A stretch of 64,000 nt of DNA, from positions 105,712,001-105,776,000 of the forward strand of contig CM052817.1 in assembly GCA_028534125.1 (NCBI GenBank). Reading direction: 5' to 3'. The notes under the pieces are model-generated. The model ran no database searches. It was not told the DNA's origin and saw only the letters and a list, made by a program, of their open reading frames with translations. Positions 56,498 to 64,000 of this stretch are shown here, in pieces (position 1 is the stretch's first letter; the number at the start of each line of letters is the position of its first letter). The DNA is from Lama glama (Eukaryota). The translations under genes and the position numbers were made by a program.

Positions 56498-57921
56498 ATT
56501 ACAAATAAGGGCATTCAAAGTCATTTTAGAATGTTGAGTACTACACATAGACCATGCTTTGCCTAAAGGACTGTGACCCAAGACGCCCAGAGAAATGTGA
56601 ATATGTGACTCTGGTTCTAACCCTACAGCTCTGAGTTCAAGAACACACTTGCACTGGGTTTTCTTAGCCTGGGAGGCTGCAGGTGACCCCTGAGGAGTCT
56701 GCTCATGCCTGTGTCCCCTCCCCTCCCTCGCTCTGTAGTCACACGGCAGGTAGTGCTACCCGAAACTGACACTGAGGAGGCGTACAGCCTACTTCAGCTA
56801 CTACGTGATACAATGTCTCTAGCCTCGTAGATACAAAAAAGTTGAGTCTGGATGGCTCATTTGAGTTTCCTGGAGCTATGATGCAACCCCCTCTCTCAAA
56901 TTATTATTTCCTGGAACACATGAAAATGTTTAAGTTTTAAGAACGTTATACCAACTAAATCTTAGGAAGAATGGTGCTTCTCTCTGTTATGTATTCTGAC
57001 TGCACAGACTTACTTATGAGTAGTTTAGATGACTTGCTATGGAAACCTTAGACCATCTAGGGCCACCCGCAGTGGGAAGACACCAGGGTGATAAAGGGAG
57101 TGGAGGTGGAGGGGAGCAACAGAACGCCTGATTGAACTGATCCACTTCCGTGACTCAACCATTAAGATATAGGATGGCAAGTTGAATTCCCAGTAGAGTA
57201 TGAAGACACCTTTTAGGGACCTTGCTTATCTGATTATATTAGACTTTGAATTCAGCTAGACTATGAATTCAGGATGTCTGGCTCCGGAGGCCATGCTATT
57301 CATCACTGGGGTAGTGGGAGCTCAGCTGCTGGACAAGATTCGTGTGCTGACGTTGGTCTGGTCTGTGATGGTTTCTCCCGCTCTATTACAAACTCTGTTA
57401 CAAAAAGTTTGCATTTCCTTGGGAAAAGACTCAGGACATCTCTAGTGTGTTGTCCCAGAAACAAGTGTGTTCGATGTTAATGATATTAATATTGCTCAAG
57501 AGAGTGTAATCTGTTATGACAGGTCATGACACTCACCACCTGGATTCTGACAAATCGTGTTGACATCACGCATGAATCAGTAGTGAAATGATATCTCAGT
57601 TTGAGAAGATGCGTGATATACTAAGACTGACAGCTCAAAAAGAAAGAAAACAAAGCTTACAAATAGATTACTTCGAAGTCTGTCCTAGCATGACATATCA
57701 AGGAGTGAAATTATTTAGGATTTGGTGAAACCTTAAACTGGATGTAATTTGGGGACACATAGGTCAAATCACATACAAAAGGGATATTTCTGAAGAGGTT
57801 AATACAACTTCCCAATTGCTCTGTGACATTTAAAGTGTCAGCTACAGAGACTCACACAAACACTGCAGCAGTCACACTGCAGCACGCACAGTTTGTGTAC
57901 ACAGAGACCTCGATCAGCAGA

Positions 57922-58442
57922 TGTAATAGGGAAGAACAAACTTAACTCCATATGAGACCTGCTCCTTTAGCTCTAACCCTGGGCTCTGTTTCCTGTGCTG
58001 AGTCAAGCTGTTTCTGCACCTTTTACGAAAGGACGTTGCCTAAAGTCTCAAATAGACAGGAGAGCCCATTCTCAAGGCTCTGACCTTTAAGAGTGTAACA
58101 CCTTTCCATTCATATAAAGAAAAAGTTGCACAGCAGAGAATAGCATTTTGGAGGTTTTGGAGGTTTTATAGGGACACCATGACCTGACCTACATGGACAG
58201 CTGCAAGAACAAAGGATTTTGCAAACAAGAAGTTTGCAACAACCAAGCACACCCCCCCCCCTTTTTAGTATAAAAGGAGCCTGAATTCTGACTTGGAGAA
58301 GATGGTTCTGCAGGACACGAGTTCACCATCTTCTCAGTTTGTCATATTTCTGAATAAAGTCATGGTATTTTGCCCCCACACCTCACCTCCCAGTCTTCTG
58401 GCCTGTGGTGCAGTCAGCAGGAGGAATTTGGACTCAGTAACA
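57922..58442 (+). mobile_element. Solo ERV1-class LTR, same family as 52000-52519
   Basis: tgtaatagggaagaacaaa...ttggactcagtaaca; flanks caga/caaa; TATAAA at 58269, AATAAA at 58353. Confidence 0.9.
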
Positions 58443-58707
58443 CAAATGCTCTCCTTCACTCTGTTTTGGAAAGACAGTTCCTACCCTGATGCTTGACGCT
58501 GGTTGAGACTAGTCCCATTACTGAAGAATATCAAATAATTCTGTGAAAAGAGGTCCCAATATTACACCAGGTGATACCAAAGACGCATTTAAATAAGATA
58601 CCTGCTCAACAAAGCTGGTTGTTTACATAGAAAGAGTACATGCCATTGTATGATTTCTAAAAAAAGGGAAGCAAAGGAAGGAGCCGAAGTTTCCAAGGAA
58701 GTGTGAT

Positions 58708-59204
58708 TGTAACAGGGAAGAACAAATCTGACTCCATATTGGATCTGCTTCTTTTACTTTAACTTTTATATTCTATTGCTTTTGCTACAAGTTAATCACT
58801 AAAGGGATGTTGCCTATAGCTTCAAGTATAAAACCTTGCCTCCCATGCCTGAGCATTACACTAAAATACCTTTGTTCAGCTCACAGGAAACACCCTGACT
58901 GGGCCCATCTGTGAATGGCTGCAGGAAAGAAGAAATTAGCACAGCCCCTCTGGAGCCTGGCTGGAACCAGAAAATATTTGAAACAACTTATTGCCTTTTT
59001 TACTTTACTTTCTCACCTACCCCTTTTTGTTCCATAAAAGAAACTAGTATCCAAACTTGGGCAATATGGTTCTTTGGGACACTAGTCCACCATCTTCTTA
59101 GTCTGCTGGCTTTCCAAATAAAATTGCTATTCCTTTCCCCCAAAACCCCTCTCTTGATTTATTGGCCTATACTACAGAGTAGTATGAACTTGGACTAGGT
59201 AACA
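58708..59204 (+). mobile_element. Solo ERV1-class LTR, related subfamily (same ends, different U3 interior)
   Basis: Starts tgtaacagggaagaacaaatctgactccatatt and ends ttggactaggtaaca; the middle does not match the other copies; no clean TSD. Confidence 0.85.
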
Positions 59205-61376
59205 ATACTTAGGTTTTCATATCATATTTGTGACCTTGGCCAGATTATAAAGTGAGGGAGTGAGATAAACTCTATAGCTTGGATATCCTTTGATTTCTTA
59301 ATCTTCTCACATTTTCCTCCTTATATATAAGGAATTCTACCTGTCACTATTTCCCTCTTACATTTGGAGAAATCAATATTTTGAATATTCTCTATGTAAC
59401 TTGTATTTATCTTGTTGCTTATTTTGGTTGGCCAAAGTTTTCCCCATAACTGATAGGTCATCTTCCACTCTCCCAAACAGAAAAAAACAGAATTTCATAA
59501 AAACAAAAGCCATCCATGATGAACATACAAAATTCTCCTTTCATCAAAAACAATATTAATAAATCTTGGCAAATATTTTACACTGAGATGTAAATATGTT
59601 TATTTAAATGCCATAAAATTAGCTATTTAAAGATATCTCAAGGAGAGAAGAAAATTGTACAAGCTTTTGTTGACTTTGTGACAATGAATATAATAACATC
59701 AGATTGCATAAATATGTTTTGAGTGGTTAGCTAGTCTCCCCTCCATACATGAGCCATTGTTTCCCTTGTGTTTCTTTGTTTGTTTGTTTTCCTTATTATT
59801 AGCTCTCTTCTAGCCAACTGGGATTACAGCCACCAAAATTTCAAGAGCATTAGACAAGTGTGTGATTCAGAACTGAAGAGTCCTCAGTATTTCGGTTTTG
59901 TTCTTGTATTTCTCCTTTTGTGGGGGGAAGAAACGGTGTATTGAATTATAAAAGGGAGAGAATGGGAAAGAGATTCTTAATACCTTTTTCTTGAATGTTC
60001 TTAACAATAAAATCATGAATTGTGGTTTCCTCTTTCAGAATTTTAATGTAGACTCACCACATGAAAGGCAAATTATTCTGAATTAAGTATTGTGAAATCC
60101 CACTTACTAAGGTTCACCAAGATTCTAAGCATTTTATTTCATGTGAAAAAAAAAGATCTCACTTCTTTCTTAGTAGACTAAGCTTTATACTTCTTCATAG
60201 TTTTTCTGTCGTATACCATAATTTTTCAGCATCTGAACATTTCCACACCTCAAGCTTACTGACACAATTTCTTTCTTTTATTAATATTAAAATAATATTA
60301 TGTAAATACTTCTCTCAGGCATGGTGAGAAAATCAGAGCTTATTCAAATATTTTAGGTGAACCTTGGTGTTCTTAGATTCCTTTTGGCTACACCGGACTC
60401 GATGTTATGGCTTTTGCTGATTTCTCTGCCTCTAATTTCTTAAATTACCACTGATTCAAGCAACATTTGGAGCAGGCTTGACTAAAAATTTGAAAAAAGA
60501 GATTGAGATGGTTACAAAGCAGGTAGCACTTCACAATACTTTAAATTTAGGTAGTAGACACCCCTGTCCTTTATGAACCATTAAAGGTCCCATCTTCCCA
60601 AATAGGACTGACCTATTGAACTTGAACTTGAACTCTGGTGTCCATCACTCTTTAAAGTACACAGGACCATGGTACCATAAATAAGCATAAACACAATGGT
60701 AATACAGATTTTTTTTTTATTGGAACATGTTATACCTTTCCAATAGTTTTAAAGTGTGGATATTCTCTTCAACATTTGTGTCTGCATTATTTGGGGGTAT
60801 TTAATTACATCACATGAATTCTTGATACCTTTCTTTCTAACTTAGCATAGCAACATATTAATATTGCAGATAATCAGGAATGAAATCTGCACATTTCATT
60901 TACTTGTTTATTCCACACTTCTATGTTGGCTGTTACATCTGCAGCCCTGTACTTGTTTGCAGGCAGGGAACAAGATAGTAAATTAGGGCTTCTGCTTTCT
61001 GGTAGTTGACAACTTTGGTGTTGGGAACCAGACGAGAGACATTTAACACTAAGAAACAACATCCTAAGAGCTATAATAGCTACATAAACAAAATTCTGCC
61101 AGGGACACAGAAGTGATGTTGATTAAATGCCTTATAATTGAATAGCATCTTGTAGTTTTCTTGGCACTAGTACATGCATAAGTTTATTTAATCCTCACAG
61201 CAATCCAATACGGTAGTTAATGGAGATATTATTTTTACCACATAACAAGGGAGCAAAGTGTTCAGAGTAGCAAGGCTCCAATGACAGAACCAGATTAAAT
61301 CTCTTCAACTCCTAACAAAACAAAAGAGAAAAAAAATGTTTCTACTCTATTTTTTTACTTATCTTAGTTTATCTTT

Positions 61377-61511
61377 TTTTTTTTTGGTGGGAGGAGGTAA
61401 TTAGGTTTGATTGATTGTTCATTCATTTATTTTCATGGAGGTACCGGAGACTGAACCCAGGACCTCATGCATGCTAAGCACACACTCTACCCCTGAGCTA
61501 CACCCTCCCCC
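61377..61511 (-). mobile_element. tRNA-derived SINE, vic-1 type
   Basis: Same motifs; perfect 15-bp TSD tcttagtttatcttt at 61362-61376 and 61512-61526. Confidence 0.92.
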
Positions 61512-62092
61512 TCTTAGTTTATCTTTGATATTTAAATTTAAACCAGTAGAATGGTAAACTTATTTCAATTTAAAAGAGTGGGTAGTGAAATATATTAACC
61601 TTTGATAGGTGGAAACTTACAAGTAAGATCAATAAAGATGATCCAAGGCCACCATTCTGTGCAGGAACTATTAGAAAAGCACCAGGTGAGTGACACTTCA
61701 GCGGCTGCGTTGTGCAATTTCATGAGAAGAAAATGAATATGGAAAACCCAGAACAGCAGTTAGAAAACGATCTGTCCTGAACAGTTTCAACATATGCCTT
61801 CCTGGAGGCAAGGAGCTGGATCAGAAAATGTCTCAAGATCCTGTTATCTCTTCCTCATGGGTACTGAAGTCAAGCTCTGTAACTCTCTTTGGCATCAGGT
61901 CCATAAATTTTTTGAGCCACTCAGGTGCTGTTTTGAGCATCACACATGCAAGGCAGGTGCTAATGGCCCTCTCTAAGTGCCTAATTCACACTCAGACAGG
62001 GACTTGAGTCCACAGAAGAATGAATTTACTCAGTGTGGCTAAAACTGTTTAGATTCATTCCCACTAATGGACAGGCAATAGGTAAAAGGAAA

Positions 62093-62122
62093 AACAAACA
62101 AACAAACAAACAAACAAACAAA
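62093..62122. repeat. (AAAC)n tetranucleotide microsatellite
   Basis: About 7 units of aaac. Confidence 0.9.
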
Positions 62123-63074
62123 ACACCTAAACAGAATCTGCACAAAATAATGGAAATGTAAAGGAGTAAATTGTACTTACAAAAAAAATGTTTACAGCTT
62201 TTGTTGTAGTCTAGAAGTTTTTAAAGTGCTGATGAAACAAAGTAAAGGTACATCTTGTCTGAAGCGAAAAGAGGGGGATGAATGTTAAAAACTTGCATTC
62301 ACTTTCAAAGTTATTTTACGTGTATCGACTCATTTGAGAAAAAGGAACTGATAATCCATCAAAAGAAAGAGAAAGCTTTAAATAAACCATATGGAGGTTT
62401 CAGGGAAACATCTTAACATAAAGGATAAAAATTAAAGGTTAAAATTCATAAATTTGAGAAGACAGTATGGGTACCATGGGAATGTTTAAACAGAACCTTT
62501 GAGAAAAAAGTTTTAATACAAGAGTTGTGAATTGAAAGAGTGTCAAAAGAAAACGTTAGTGTTTGAAACTCAGATAGCTGGATTTGTACTTATGGGATGT
62601 GTGAAATACGACTGCTAGAATACAAGATTGAGGATAGGGATGTTTCTGTCTTGATCACAGACGTATGTGATATTTTACAAGGGGGTTTACGATGAGGACT
62701 CTAGACCTTTACAGAATATACATTTTGGGAAGCATCAAATTCAGCATTCCAAATGAAAATAACCTAAAGGGATGAGGTTTTATTCATTAACAAAAGAAAT
62801 GTTAAGAAAAAAAGAATCTAATTCCATACAAAAGTTTTAGTGTTAATAGGATTGGAAGTAGATAAAGCACTTATTTTATTATAAATTGTATCAGGAAAAA
62901 ATGAGACTATGATACCTGCTCAAAGATTAATAATTATCATATGGAGTGAATGTTCTGAGTGCTTAGGAAAAAAATACCTTAGAGAGTATAAAATACACTG
63001 AAGTTTAACTATAAAGGTTATAGTTTAACTGTAACTATCTTACAGACATTTGGGGTTCATCTGGGAAAAAAATT

Positions 63075-64000
63075 AAAGAAAAAAAACCCTGTTCTTGTGA
63101 TGCTTACAATTTAGTAAGCAGAGAATGGCATCTAATAATAAACATAATTAGTAAATGATACCTTATGGTTAGATGATATGTTCTATTTAAAATAGAGCAA
63201 GGGTCCATCGACAGAATACTGGATAAAGAAGATGTGGTATGTTTATACAATGGAATACTATTCAGCAACAATAAAGAATAAAATAATGCTATTTGCAGCA
63301 ACATGGATGGACTTAGAGATTGTCATTCTAAGTGAAGTAAGCCAGAAAGAGAAGGAAAAACACCATATGATATCACTCATATGCAGAATCAAAAACAAAA
63401 ACAGAAACAAATGAACAAACAAAAAAACAGAAAGCAAGAAAAAAGAGGACACTAATGAACTCATCTACAAAAGAAACAGACTCACAGACATAGTAAACAA
63501 TCTTATGGTTACTGGAGGAAAAGCAGTGGGAAGGGATATATTTGGGAGTTTGAGATTTGCAAATGTATAAAAATAGAGGAAAAACAGTTTTTTTCTGCAT
63601 AGCATAGAGAATTATATTCAATATCTTATAATACCCTTTAATGAAAAATAATATAAAAATGAATATGCATATGTATATGCATGACTGAGATATTATGCTG
63701 TACACCAGAAATTGACACATTGTAACTAATTGTACTTCAATTAAAAAAAAATAGAGCAGGATAAGAAGAGAGGAGAATCGCAGGGCAGGTTTAGATGTGG
63801 TGGCTAATTGTAGTTTGAAATAGGGCAGGTGGGATTGATTGCTAAGAAACTGTGATCTAAAAAGTGACTTGAAAGAGATGAAATCTTTTAGCAAGTGAAT
63901 GTCTTCCAAAAGCCTATTTCAGGCAGAGGGTATAGGTAAAACTAGATTCTAATGCAGGATCTCACTTGTGGTTTCAGAAAGAAAAAGGAGACTCTGGCTG
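63075..64000 (-). mobile_element. L2 fragment interrupted by the L1 at 63200-63747
   Basis: gacttgaaagagatgaa...ttcaggcagaggg...aggagactctggctg is L2-like and continues across the L1 TSD. Confidence 0.55.
63200..63747 (+). mobile_element. 5'-truncated L1 3' end
   Basis: ORF 63232..63414 encodes the ORF2 C-terminus (WYVYTMEYYSATIKNK..FAATWMDLEIVILSEVSQ); 11-bp TSD aaaatagagca at 63189-63199 and 63748-63758. Confidence 0.93.

Noticed and set aside
52000..58442. Two direct LTRs about 5.9 kb apart as a full provirus
   Set aside because: Each LTR has its own target-site flanks, and the interval holds the continuation of the host L1, MER3 and other repeats, with no gag/pol/env.
63373..63909. 178-aa minus-strand ORF
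   Set aside because: Antisense reading of an L1 3' UTR and L2 sequence.

Overview
Mammalian genomic DNA, AT-rich and repeat-dense, with one 500-N assembly gap (7204-7703). Five copies of a tRNA-derived SINE matching the camelid vic-1 type, and no ruminant Bov-tA/BovB or pig PRE-1 that I could see, point to a camelid (camel/alpaca/llama). The only protein-coding gene is the 3' end of follistatin-like 5 (FSTL5) on the + strand: a 125-bp penultimate coding exon (3111-3235), a 36.2-kb last intron, and the terminal exon (CDS 39472-40174, stop TAG) with several candidate poly(A) signals. The remainder is intron and downstream intergenic DNA filled with L1, L2, MIR, MaLR/ERVL/ERV1 LTRs, DNA-transposon fossils and simple repeats. 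All other ORFs in the track are spurious or repeat-derived. I found no previously undescribed multi-gene system. The best leads are a CpG/GC-rich island confined to the terminal exon and preceded by a G4/GC-box tract, several cryptic 'immediate-stop' exon or acceptor candidates, and five solo ERV LTRs clustered within about 7 kb downstream of the gene. Repeat-family names come from my recognition of consensus motifs, not from a database search.
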